Part shown: positions 11,289 through 23,881 of the stretch, in pieces
Numbering within the stretch: position 1 is the first letter of the stretch
Layout: the number at the start of each line of letters is the position of its first letter
NCBI GenBank assembly: GCA_050084985.1
Contig: JBITNC010000001.1
Span: 17,174,001 to 17,238,000 of the forward strand
Direction: 5' to 3'
Origin: Nageia nagi
Lineage: Eukaryota > Plantae > Pinophyta
DNA length: 64,000 nucleotides
Translations under genes and position numbers: made by a program
Notes under the pieces: model-generated
What the model saw: the letters and a program-made list of their open reading frames with translations, nothing else
What the model was told of the DNA's origin: nothing
Database searches by the model: none

Positions 11289-13545
11289 AAATTGATAAGC
11301 ACCACTGATTTGAGAAGACAAAGTGCTATAGCAGAAGATTTTACCAAGTATATGTATGAATGACACAAGGAAGTGAAAAACTATTTTGCGCAAGAGCCCT
11401 ATGAGATACAAACAACATGCTGATCTCAAGAGAAGAGAACAAGAATTTCAGGTTGGAGGCATCATTTTAGTTCACTTGAGGAAAGAGAAGTTCCCTAAAG
11501 AAACTTCTAAAAAGTTGAAGTCAAAAAAGATTGGACCTTGTAAAATCTTGTGGAAATTTGCAGCCAATGCTTATGAAATCGATCTCCCAAAAAGAGTGAA
11601 TATATCACCAATTTTCAATGTGGCTGATTTGTCTCCTTAACACGAGGGACCAGCAAATGAAAATGAAGATGTAATTCTATATTTCCCTATGAAGGAATGG
11701 TACAGCAGTTGCTGGAAAAAAGAACAAAATGAAGTAGAAGTCATAATCAATTCCAAAGTGGTTAAGAAGACCAAAGGCAAAGAGTATGATGAAAATTCGG
11801 TGAAATGGAAGAATCGGCCAGCAGGAGAACATGAATAAGTGCATCCAAAATTGATCAGTACAGTATCTCATTATCGGATTTCATAAAATGCTAATGAGCT
11901 GAAGCTCATGAAGCATTTCTAATACCTAAAGTGTACAAAAAAATTCTCATACCTGGCATGTCTGATGCAAGAGAATCCGGGTGTATGTACAATCTTGTAT
12001 CACCCAAAATATAATAATAAATAAAATAAAACTAGGGACTGCGACTAGAATACATTGGCAAATCAGTTCGTTAGGTTTGAGGCTGAGATAAAAGTGCCTA
12101 AAACCACACCAGAAACTAAAGAAAACTTGAGAACATAGTGTGCAAAGGAACAGATCGACCTTCCAATTTGCACGGCTTGCCGATTCGCAGTTGTTTGTCT
12201 CAGTTGTTGCATGTTTTAGTTGGCTTTTATAAATTCGACGTTAGGAGTCTTTTATTTGGAGCTACTGCTTCTTATTTTTGAGAGGAGGAATTCTGAGTTG
12301 CTTCCAGCCATTTATATATAATTCCAGTCTAGCATCATGGTTGAGCATATTCTGAATAGAATGTAAGCTGTTGAGACAAGTTCTATTGGAATTTAATTTA
12401 AATTTTTGCTGCTTTCATTATCCTAATTTCATTTTTGTAATATGAGATTGTATGGACCGTTAGGCTGGGCAGTCTTTCGTTGGACACCCCTACCTTGACT
12501 GCATCAACTAACCTCTCATTCTGACACCATCACTGTTGGCATGGTGAATCTCAACCATCACCTTGGAAGCCAAGCAGTCCAGAAGCACAACTGTAATCTG
12601 ATGGTCGCAGAAGACCATCTACGACAACACACTTGTATTTACTTATACCTATTATCACTGCAACCTGAAATGTAAACACATACAAGAGGGGCAAGGTAGA
12701 ATAGAAATCAAGATTGGACAGAGATATGTAGCATTATTGTATTACTGTGTATATGCTCCTATAGTACTTTACACTGAGACGTACTCTAAGGACAACACCA
12801 GTCTAGAGTTATACTCTACTATGCATCTATCCATGGACTAGTTCTGTAGCATACATATATACTGATATATATATTTTACTCTTTAGTCTCTCATCTTTAG
12901 TCTTCTTCATGAATGCTTATTGATAAATCTTTTATCATGGGCGTTACCACCCATCCCCACGTGGGTCACCACATCAGGTATTCTACACTTGTGTGTTCTC
13001 CGGATTTTGGGTTCCACGATCTGGATCATATGGTCTAAAAGATTACCTTCTATTAAGTTCAAACCTGATAGTTCAGAAATTCTTCAGCTCAGGTATTCTC
13101 CAGGTGATAAAGGCATCCATCCTGATGTAGGGCAATCAAACGAGCCCTAGAAAAAAAGTAAACGTTTGATTTCCATGCCAATGGTTGATGGCTCTACATC
13201 CTAGCTACCAGCCCTTTTTAAATTTATTTTCCCGAGTGTTGATTGACCACCAATAATACCTCCATAACAGATTGGAATTAATACAGAACTTCCAGATACA
13301 TATATAATTCGAAAATTGACTAAAACCCATCTTCAAGTGTATGCAAGGGGTATAACAAATCAAATTTGACATTAAAAGAACATAATATATGTAGAGAGTG
13401 AGAGATATCTAAATATTACTTAGAAGTGAGCTTCTGGGTATACTCAAATAAAGATTGTTTTCCTAAAAGATCTGCCTTTATTAAAAAGAAATTCATACGT
13501 ACGGTGTTAAGAGACAATAAAACAAAATGAGGGTTTTATCATTAC

Positions 13546-13711
13546 CTTCTAGGAAGCGGTCTTCGGGTCCAATTGATCCATCTGCACAGACATCACAAAA
13601 TACTCTGCCATTTATTTCTCCAGTCCATGCATATCCAAATTCCGATTGGAATTGCAGTACAATTAGACCCACAAATATGAAGCTCCAGCGGATGTGGCCT
13701 AGCCCTGCCAT
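13546..13711 (-). CDS. Pollen Ole e 1-like secreted protein, coding exon 1 (signal peptide + GRVFCDVC motif)
   Basis: ATG at 13711; hydrophobic N-terminus followed by AWTGEINGRVFCDVCADGSIGPEDRFLE; donor GAAG|GTAAT at 13545-13544, phase 1. Confidence 0.9.
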
Positions 13712-15699
13712 TGCAGAGGAGTTTCAGAGGTGGAAGCGGAAAGAGGGTTCAGGAAAGTATGCTCTCTGAGCTTGAACCCTGCTATCAGGGAATCCTAAAT
13801 AAGATATTGTCTACAACCCAAGGCATAACAAGATGGTTGCTGAAGGTATCTATAGGATTGTCTCATGCCATAAATTTAGAACTGGTTATCTGGTGCAAAG
13901 TGATTGGCGTTAAGGCTTGCCCTAGACTTGTTACTTAACCTAAATTTAGAATTCTATATGAAATTTCATATGGGCATACTATGGTTGAAATTCTTTTTTA
14001 AATATTAACATTTCATTGTCGATCAATTTGTTATATATTTTTTCTAAGCATTTACTATAATTTTAATATTATATTATTATATCTTATGATATTATTTTTC
14101 ATTTTAAGTTATTTATAATATTATTTTTTACTCAAAGATGTTTATATATTAAAGTTAATATCTTTTCAACAAAGATTATTATTTAATTTGTAACGTGGTT
14201 ATTCTTCCTTTAAATTCATTCATAAATGTCTAACATTTATATTTTAAATTTAATTCGATTATCTCTAAAATCAACGAAAACTAAGCATATTGCATGAATC
14301 AGGTTCAAAGTCAATTAAATTCAAGTATCCATTACCAATCTGAGCCTATTCCACCAATATTCAGTCGATTCTATATGCAACCCAAAGAGCATAAATGCCT
14401 AGAATTTATGGTTGAATTTGGAGGGAGGATAGCCTTTCGCTGTAATTAGAACCATAATTTTATCAATTACAAGAGCAGGTTTACAAGAAACATAGATAAG
14501 ATAAAAGAACCAAGTTTGTTAAGGCTAAAACCTAACAAATGAATACCTCTATAATATTTTTGGAGGCACACAAAGATTAATATAATAGCTTTCATATTAA
14601 TACAATAATTTCAATCCATCAAAATGATTTCCACATAAGGTTATAATAAGTCATCTAAAGTTACAATAGATTAATAACTTTAAAATCTTTGATAATTTTT
14701 AATTCTATTACTTTTGCTATTTGTATCTTGTCATTGTTTATTCATCATTTACTTCTTTTAACTTTTTTATTATTATAATATTTTGTGTTTATTACTTAGG
14801 TTTTATTAGCTAGTCAAATTTTATATAAATACATATTTGGTAAATCCAAATTTCTTACAACACCTTCGTAATTAGAATTTTTATTTGGAGGGTTTCATTA
14901 TTTCTAATGGACTTGGCTAGTTTAAATTTTCTAAATTTGTACATGAAAAATTGTATTCATCAAATCCTAGGTAATTTATATGTGAATGCCCAAAAGACCT
15001 ATGAATTGGTTCATAACCTAAATTGTAAATCATTTGTAAGTATGATCTTTGTAGGATGTTGTAGATAAAAATAATGATTAATGGAAATAATAAAACATAA
15101 TAACTTTCCTATGAATGATAATAAAAATATGATTAAGGGGGTACAATATGATAATTCTCAACAACCCTAGGCACATAAGATCACATTTTTACTACTAAAA
15201 AAAATTGCAAGACTAAAAAAAAAAATTGAAAAAAAAATTAATTACAAAAATCAATAATTAGATTTTTTTGTTATTTTGCAATAATGAAATATCCAACATA
15301 ACATGTATATTTCAATTTGCACTATAATAATTAAAAAAAAAAAAAAAAAAAATAATTGCAACTTTATAAAAAGATTTTTAGCATAGTTTAAAATCTTTAA
15401 AATAGTTTTAACTATGCAAAGAAAGAATCTCTCTTTTTTTTATAAAATTTTGCAAAAACAATAAACTAATTGCAAAATTTTACAAACAAATGTAACTAAC
15501 AAATCTAAAATATTGTTAGTATTGATCGTAATAAATCTAGAGAGGTTACTAGATCTAATAAAGAAAATAATAGATCTAATGCTTAACCTCAAATTGAAGG
15601 TCTCAATACTAGCCTTAAAGACTAGATCTATTAACAATTTTCATATAAGAAATGTAGTAGATCTAGCTTAGTTTCAAAAAAAATAGAAACAGGATTAGG

Positions 15700-16419
15700 A
15701 AAATTCGAGAAGAGTTACCTCAAGATCACCAAGTAGAAATTTGAAGGAGATCACCACAAAAAGGCTCTAATACCATTGATGGAAATTGAATGATTCCATA
15801 AACCAAAATCTCTTATGGTTCTCCATGGAATCTAGCAACATGCATCTAACTAAGCACAAAGATTCAATCACACTAAATTGACACAAGATATATAGTGGTT
15901 CCTCCAACTAAGGGAGTACATCCACTTCATTTGGAAATCTTTATATATCTCCATGGCTATTTACAATGGAAAATACTAACCCTCCTATAAACTCTTACAC
16001 CTCTTATAATATAACTAACTTCTAAATTTCAAGTATCAAAGTGTGTAAATTCTCCTACTTATGGGGTTTTTTTATAGGACTCTAAGTTAACCCTAAGTGG
16101 TTAGTAAACTTAACTACCTATGGTTAACTAACCATGAGTTCACATTAAGAATTATTATACTTGAGTGGGTAGGCCACTCTTCACATGGGTACTCCACCTA
16201 ATCACATCATGCTCTTACATATTTCATGTGTACATTACATGTGTACACTTACACCATGGGCCTACATGCCCATGTGGACAAACCCCCATTATAATATTAT
16301 GTGAAGTTCCACAAATTACTTACATTGATAATCCACTTATTAACTTAAGTTGGATTAATCCATGTTAATACAAAATACAATGTCAATAGCCATTTCCAAA
16401 TTACATTATAATTCCAACA
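15700..16419 (-). mobile_element. 5' LTR (15777-16419) plus PBS of a truncated Copia-type element
   Basis: Termini TGTTGG...CATCA; PBS tggtattagagcc at 15775-15763; carries the gtggatgtactccc..ggaggaaccac motif shared with the LTRs at 27802, 34761 and 36019 (partly 51127). Confidence 0.75.
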
Positions 16420-17384
16420 ATTCAACTATTTAGAGATAAATTTAGACATGTTTATCAGTATTAATGGAGATTGGTAGCCACTACAAGCAAGCATCCCATT
16501 TCAAGGCCCTCATCCCACCTATAAAGCTTCATACCATTATCACAAGGTGGATGTTGCATGCATTGCAGGCTATCTCAACAAAGTTGAAGGAAAAATGGGC
16601 AAACATCACATCAATTATGTAGATATCATATTGTAAAGTGTTATAGGAAGCTCATAAAGGTAAACGTCCCATTGGTGTGGACAAAGCATTAGGGTTTGAA
16701 GGCAAAAATCAATAGATTGGTAGTGTAACCTACCAATGGCATATCCTTAGTAATAAACTTGTAGATTTCAGAAGTGAATACAACCTTTGAGGTGCTCCAA
16801 GACCCCATGTCCCTATTTGAGTATTCACTTTTGTATTTGTAATCAAATCTAGTGATATGTGAATTTTGTTTGGTGTCATCTGATGACAATTGGGTTGAAG
16901 TTATCCATGCAATTCAGATTCTATAATGTTTTATATTTGTGAGTGTTTTTTGGCAAGTTTTAAATGGATTTATAATTTCTGAATTAGAGATTTGCATTTT
17001 ATTTAAGTAAATAATATTTTATTTTGGAAATGAATTTGTCTTTTGCTACAATTTGAGAAATCTACAGAACCAGGTTTTTACAGTTAGGTCGAACACTCCC
17101 CTCTTCATGGGTGGTCCATAGGGAATTTAATCTTTGTTCAATGCAAGTTTGCGAGTGTGTACATTCATTTGCAAGGTTTACAGTGGTCACATAAACTCAC
17201 TATTCAAAGGAGTGCATCAAAATAAATATTAGGGCATCTTCATTTATTGTGTTTTGGGTTTGGCATCCATCTGTAATCCCCATTTGGGGGAACCATATCA
17301 TCTTTGTAACCCATACTCATTTGTGGAGATTAATAGAAAACACGACTTGCATTTTGTGATATTTTAGTTAATTTATAATGCTTA

Positions 17385-19030
17385 CAAAACCTATAGGAAA
17401 AAGGTTGAATACAATAACTTCCATTTTGATTGGCTTGGGGAATAATGTCAAAAGAGCCATATCCATTAACCCTTCTATCACATACTCGTTTACAGGAGAT
17501 ATGTCAATTCCAAGGCAATTACACATCTCCTTGCATTATTCCTATTACACTTGTAGAAATGATTGAATACGATATACAATAACTTTCATTACAATTGGCT
17601 TGGAGATTATCAATGTGTGAATAATGTAAAAAAAAAAAAATCCAATAACCCTTTTGTCACATATTCATTTACAAGATTTGCACCATTTTGTCACATATAC
17701 ATTTACAAGAGAAGCATACTTTTGTCACATTATCATTTATAGGATATGCACCAATTCCATCTAAGAATAATGTCGAAAAAATCATATCTAATAAGCCATA
17801 AAAAAATGGTTATTGGTTGAGTTGGTCATGTGTTGACCTTTCTATGACCTATGTCCCATGTTCCTTTCCCAATATGAGACATACTTACTATGTAATAGCC
17901 TACTACAAGTTGTTCGTTAATATAATTTACCTTTACCTTTACTAAGTTCCATTACAATTAGCTTGAGATTAACAATTTGGAAATAAAATAAGGAAAGTCA
18001 TATCAAGTAACCATTTTATTATTTATTATGTACTTGTTTACTATAGACATGTCAATTCCATGCCAATTACATATCTCCTTGCGATATTACATCCATATAT
18101 AAAGGTTAACATGATAAATCTCCTTGCGATATTACATCCATATATAAAGGTTAACATGATAACTTCCATTACAACTGGCTTGGAAATTGATAATTTGGGA
18201 ATAATGTTGAAAAGGTCATATCAGGTAATCCTTCTATCACACACTTGTTATTGAAGATGTGTCAATTCCATGCCAATTATAGATTCCCTTATGGTGTTCC
18301 TTTACATCCATTAAAAAAGGTTGAACATGATAATTTTCATTCCAATTGGCTTGGGGATTAACAATTTAGAAATAATGTTGGAAAAACTATATCTAGTGAT
18401 CTTTCTATCAAATACTCATTTACATGAGAGTACGAAAAAATTACAAGTATTGAATTTGTTTTTGAAAGTGATAAAGTGATTACAAGGATTCAAACCCAAG
18501 TCCATGCGTTTTCAATACAATATCCTAACCGCTATACCATCTTACCATTCATCAAAATGACTCAATCAATAGTACTAATGGTTTGCACGCAAATTATTTA
18601 TGTGAGATAGTCTATAATTTCTATACGATAGTCAACAAGCCCCACTGATCAAACACAACATAAACGAAAGTGAACTCCAACGAAGATGCACTAATTCCAA
18701 ATAAATTACATGTATCATATTATACCTAATGCACATAAAAAATAAATAAAAAATAACAACTTCTATTACAATTGACTTAAGGATTAACAATCTAATAATA
18801 ACTTCTATATTCTTAACCATATTCAATAACTCACTATAACAAACTCGATTACAAGACATACATCATTTCAAAGCCAAGTACACATCTCTTTATAATTTTT
18901 TTTATTACACCCATAAAAAAAGTCAAGTAAATTACAATTCGTTTAGGGATTAAGAATATAGAAATAATGTAAAAAAAAAAATAATATCTAGTAACCTTTG
19001 TCATATTCTTGTTTACAAGAGATGCGCAAA
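17385..19030. repeat. Degenerate ~170-bp repeat cluster, including a perfect 45-bp tandem duplication (18073-18162)
   Basis: Recurring ataacttccattacaattggcttggagattaacaatt..gaataatgt units near 17410, 17580, 17945, 18160, 18330, 18760 and 18930. Confidence 0.75.
18475..18548 (-). pseudogene. tRNA-derived sequence (SINE head or tRNA pseudogene)
   Basis: Minus strand has an A-box-like TGGTATAGCGG and a B-box-like GGTTTGAATCC at tRNA spacing; the acceptor and anticodon stems are degenerate. Confidence 0.45.
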
Positions 19031-19130
19031 TTATTTATCTAAGTACAAATTCATTTAAGTTATTTATCTAAGTACAAATTAGTGAGCAAAAATCTACATT
19101 CAAGTTATTTATCTAAGTACAAATTCATTT
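19030..19130. repeat. Three copies of ttatttatctaagtacaaatt
   Basis: Exact 21-mer at ~19031, ~19060 and ~19105. Confidence 0.8.
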
Positions 19131-20442
19131 CATCTCTTTTGAATCATTCGATGGTTTTCAAACCATCAACATAATATGGTCGATGATACTCTTTCAACAA
19201 TATATTGCTGCATATTCTACATTTGAACATAATACTTTTTAGCAATATAATGCTGCATATTTTTCTGGATGATAATTGCAGCTGATTCTTTCTTAGTATT
19301 ATCATAAGACTTCCGAGCTTATGGCTTTAGTTTGGACAGCAATGAAAACCTTTCACAGGGAAAGAAATTACCTGCAAGCAATTTTTGTAGGGATGTGGCT
19401 CTAGTTGTTGCATTTCTTAGAACATTAACTTTGGATTTGAATTATTTTCAAGTAATTTTTTGACATAATGCTTGAATAAAAAGTGTAGAAGAATGAATTT
19501 GTATGTAATTTTTTTATTTGTCTTCGCACACTTCTCTGTAGTGCAGCCCACTCCCTCTTCATTTATTGGTAGAGCTTTAAAGCTGCTTTGGCACTCCATA
19601 TGGTCTGGACATGGATAAAACTTTCTGTGTGTCTTTACTTTCGTAATAATTGTGTTGTGCTTCCCAAAGTGTCGGTCCTCCAAACATCAGCAATTCAAAA
19701 TCTTTCCTTGTTTTCCCCATATTATAGTGTTTGAATTTAGTGTATTACTAAATTTTCCAAGACGATGATGATAAACGCTTCTCCAATTCATTACAAAAAA
19801 TAACATATAGAAAGGACCAAATCACATATGGATGATTGTCTTGTGAAGTTTTTGATAGGTTTTAAAGGAGAAATATGTAAAACAGGCAATTGATAATACT
19901 CCATATTAAGCAAATCGCAGAAAAATAACACAGAATTTACGGTGGGGAAAAACAAGAAAAATCCAGCAAACACCGAACACAGTTACATTAGATTCACCAT
20001 CTTCTGTTACATCAAAATCCTTCACAACATCGTACACCAATTAACCATGAACCGGATTTTATAGCCTTTGATTCTCACAAACCTACTTCTGCACCCTAAA
20101 ATTAGGGTCTGTAAAGATAGATCCCATGGTAGAAACTGGGGTAAATACCTAACTAGTGTATAATAAAGTACAAGTATATAACACAACTTTACAGTTTTTT
20201 ATTTTATAAGAAAAGCTCTCTAAATGTGTAACCATGGATCAAATGGAATGTAAAATTATCAAGAAGTACAAGGGCATAGTAAGTTAAAAAGTAAATGATA
20301 TTCTTCTTCATTAATTTTAAATCATGACCATGAATTTGGTTATCCTTGTACATATCAATTCAAACTTCCCTACAAACCACCTTAACACTTTGAACCCAGC
20401 ATCCAAAACTTTTAAACAAGGCCAAGACTTCATATTAAAAGC

Positions 20443-20713
20443 GTGGTCCCATGCAGGGAGGGGTTGAAATTTTTTTCCAGCAGGTGTCAAGCAAGAAATT
20501 TTGAAGGGAACACAGGTACTTTTTGGAGAGAAAATGTGTAACTCGTGTATTGACACAGCTGGCCATTTTGATCTGCAACAGATGCTGCACATTTCCAACC
20601 CCCTCTCTTCTACCCCATGGATGTGTTGTTCCTAAAATATTGCTGCTCCTATTTTTATGTTCAAGATTCCAAAACTAGCAGAGATTCAAGTGGCTCAAGT
20701 GTATTGGGACCAC
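20443..20713. mobile_element. MITE-like element with GTGGTCCCA terminal inverted repeat
   Basis: gtggtcccatgca ... tgtattgggaccac; internal inverted pair ggaggggttgaaat (20457) / atttccaaccccctc (20591). No TSD found. Confidence 0.45.
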
Positions 20714-22003
20714 TTGCTACGTTAAAAGAGGGCAGAAAACCTCCCATGGGAACATGCATTGACAATCCAAGATCCATCGTGAAGACGGACTGATGCAGGT
20801 CTTGCTGCTTGTTAGCAAAAATTCCCCTAATCTCAAGCCCTTGGATAATAAGTTCAAGTAAAATTTAATTGGAGAGAATAGAATATTGGTGCATTTGACA
20901 GTCAGACCCATACAATTTTCTAGGGATATTAAAGATCTACATGATGAGAACTTGAGATAGAGTTGCAAACTTCACTGGGCCGTCCCATACCACGGCCAAG
21001 CTGGGCCATGCACATCCATGCCTTGCCTCGTTGGGCCGTGCATGGGCAAATTAGTACGAACAGAAAAGCAGATACTCGTATAGAAACAAAAGTTCGGTAT
21101 CAAAATCCTATGTAGCATAAAAAAAAGAAAGTTTTTTATCATTCAGAATATTTTCCAAATTATATGCAATTAACTATAATAACACTCGAATATTTACAAT
21201 TGATACCTTGCTTTATAAATCATATACTAAAAAATGTAATATCGACTGAATAGTAAATAATTGAAATCAAATTCAGGAAACAACAAATACTAAGGAGATC
21301 CAGAAATACATACTATTAAGTCCATAAGAATCATGAAACAAACTAGAAGCACATAGATATAGAAACAAGATATATTTACATAATGGAGTTGATATATGGC
21401 TTACAGCTTATTGCAGAAACACAAATGTGACCTTGAAACTAAACCCTCCATATTTTTTATGGGGCTTCTTTTTATTCAAATTTCCTACTATTCCTGGCAA
21501 GGGGAGAACATGAAAGTCTATAATCCATAAGATAAGCCATTTCCCAATAAAACTATGAAACTAAATTTGCTTATGGGTTGCTGCAGTGTTTCCTTCTCTA
21601 CGGTTCTTTCCAGGCATGCAAAGATACATCTGGGAGAGTAAATTTCCCTAGAAGTTAGAAACATAGCCTCTCTACAATTTTCCAGCTCTTGTAATCCTCA
21701 AAACAATACAGGTAATCTACGTGTTCTTTAGAGCATTATCAATACAGCACAAAGACCTGAAGGCTGAAAGTGTATACAATTCTGAAAACCATGGCAGGTT
21801 TGTAAAATAAATCTAGTAAAGCCCTTCAGCCAGTAACGAAAGCATGTATTGAAAGTGCAGCACCATCTTCTCCACAAGTTTTTGACAATGAAAATGGTCA
21901 GTCTGCTTACCCTTATTCAGACAACATTACAAAGCTCGAAATATTCTTAGACTATTCCCCGTAGGATCTTGAAACACTGAGGAAATATTCTTTGTTTAGA
22001 AAT

Positions 22004-22494
22004 CTAGAATGAATTCATCTCCAAAAGATATGTCCTCCGTTTTGCAAGAAGACTGGCTGCAGTGTTGAATGGTTCCTCAAAAGCCCCAGCCAGCAAACCA
22101 TTAGTCTCAGTGCAGACTGGGTGATCACTAGGGCAAATAGAAACCAGAGTTGCACCCTTCATAACCATTCCACAGGGGAGCTCAAGATGTGGGGAATACC
22201 AAAGCTTCATGTTGAGTGCAGGGACTTGGGTCCTGTTGGATGAAGCAGACACTACATGAGGCTTTTCACGGAAATCTTGCAGTTGTCTTTTGTTCATGCA
22301 CAAAACACCTTGCTGATCTGAGTCATTTAGAGAAAGAGTTTCCAGGGTAGGATGCTCTGATATGATATGCTTGAGAAGATAATGCCTTGCAGAAGCAGCT
22401 ATTAGAGAACTGATAGTCCAAACCACTCTCAGTTTCAACTTCAAGCCTCCATTGATATAAAAGGATTCAGAAACTTGTCCTGCATCTTCATCCT
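22004..22494 (-). CDS. F-box protein (At5g46170/At1g30200 family), last coding exon; acceptor position uncertain
   Basis: ESFYINGGLKLKLRVVWTISSLIAASARHYLL...QGVLCM...SASSNRTQVPALNMKLWY...KRRTYLLEMNSF-stop is the family C-terminal domain. The first phase-1 AG after the pyrimidine tract is at 22496-22495. Confidence 0.85.
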
Positions 22495-22894
22495 CTGATG
22501 CCCCATTTTTTGCATTGAAATGGTCATTCCAATACATATCAGATATATAGAATAAAGATGAGAAACAAACAAAAATGCGATTGTGCCAAATCTATGACCA
22601 TTTTTTTTATGTATCTTATAAATTAAGAAAATCCAAAACAGTATTCTACCCCCTTCCATACCTTTACAACCAATTCTAATTGCCATACTATCTTCCATCC
22701 TCTACTTGCTCAAAGATGCAATGTTAAACAGAAGAAAACCAAAGATATATCTATTTGAATAAGCCTAATTGAGTTTAGGCTTGTATACACCATAAGGAAA
22801 CTGCTCTAATATTTATAATGAGGATGGTCCCATGCAAAAATTTAAGTACTCGCTACCATAAAATTAGAATCTTCCTCTGAAATTGCAGATTTGA

Positions 22895-23606
22895 AATAAC
22901 TTAAAGATAAGAAAGAAATTTCCTGAACTTAAGTTTCTGGAGGGGGTTGAATTTTTCTGGCAGTAGCTTAAGAAATTTCTATCATACGGCAGATTTTAGT
23001 TTATTTGAAATATTAAAACATTTTTTCATTCAAACAATAACTTAAAAGATAACAAAGAAATTTCTTTGACTTTGAAAAGTTTCTGGAGGGGCCTGAAATT
23101 TTCTGGCAGTCCATTTACAAAATTCTACCATGCAGCAGGTTTTAGTTGATTTAAAATTTTTAAAACATTTTTCCATTCAAAAATAACTTACAGATAACAA
23201 AGAAATTTCCTAAACTTCAAAAAATTTCTAGAGGGGGCTGAAATTTTCTAGCAGTAGATTAAGAGAATTCTACCATACGGCAGGTTTTAGCTGATTTGAA
23301 ATTTTAAAAACACTTTTCCATTCAAACAATAACTTAAAGATAACAAAGAAATTTCCTAAACTTTTGGAAAATTTCTGGAGGGGCCTGAAATTTTCTGGCA
23401 GTAGCTTAAGAAAATTCTATCATATGGCAGGTTCTAGATGATGCGAAATTTTAAAACACTTTTCCATGCAAACAATAACTTAAGATAACAAAGAAATTTC
23501 CTGAACTTAAAAAAGTTTCTGGCAGTAACTCGGTAAAATTCTACCATATGGTAAGTTCTAGTTGATTTAAAATTTTAAAACAGTTTTCCATTCAAACGAT
23601 AACTTA
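22895..23606. repeat. Intronic tandem array of five ~146-bp monomers
   Basis: aataactta unit starts at 22895, 23036, 23182, 23328, 23474 and 23598 (periods 141, 146, 146, 146, 124). Confidence 0.93.
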
Positions 23607-23881
23607 GAAGTTTCCTAAGTATAAGCAAATTCTTCACCTTGGATGGGACCATTTTACTGCTACAACTGCCTAAATTTTAGACTGGCACTTGGTTAGAATT
23701 TTCGGTAAGCCCCCCTTTATGGCAAAATGAGGTGAAACTACCAAGAAAGGCTAGAAACAAGGTACCCTTCAAATCTTCTTCAAAGAGAAAACTCTTTCCA
23801 ACAAACAATTCCAATTTAGAATTATAACCTAAGAAACAAGAAAGAAAAAATCTTACTCAAGTGACCAGAATCGGTCCTTAC

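Larger units (their letters stand above)
3541..12506 (+). mobile_element. Ty3/Gypsy chromovirus (CRM-like), internally deleted and interrupted
   Basis: LTRs 3541-~4111 and 11963-12506 (TGATGCA...TGCATCA); TSD ACTTA/ACTAA; tRNA-iMet PBS tggtatcaaagc at ~4114. RNaseH end and integrase remnants at 7155-8203 and 11289-11640 (INSQGKLNGRHMKWVEFLQ; KIGPCKIL..NAYEIDLP..ISPIFNVADL). Chromodomain-like remnant at ~11700-11840. Confidence 0.9.
1874..13545 (-). other. ~11.7 kb GT-AG intron, about 9 kb of it LTR retrotransposons
   Basis: Phase-compatible donor and acceptor join FLE-G-AEVAVLC, a continuous Ole e 1-type sequence. Confidence 0.85.

Noticed and set aside
19300-20050. Possible gene fragment (ORF 19417..19683 and donor-like sites)
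   Set aside because: No recognisable protein similarity and no consistent exon chain.
20975-21050. GC-rich tgggccRt repeats resembling hAT/MITE subterminal or site II motifs
   Set aside because: Too short; no TIR pair or TSD found.
22895-23606. CRISPR-like array
   Set aside because: Whole monomers repeat with no unique spacers, there are no cas genes, and the context is a eukaryotic intron.
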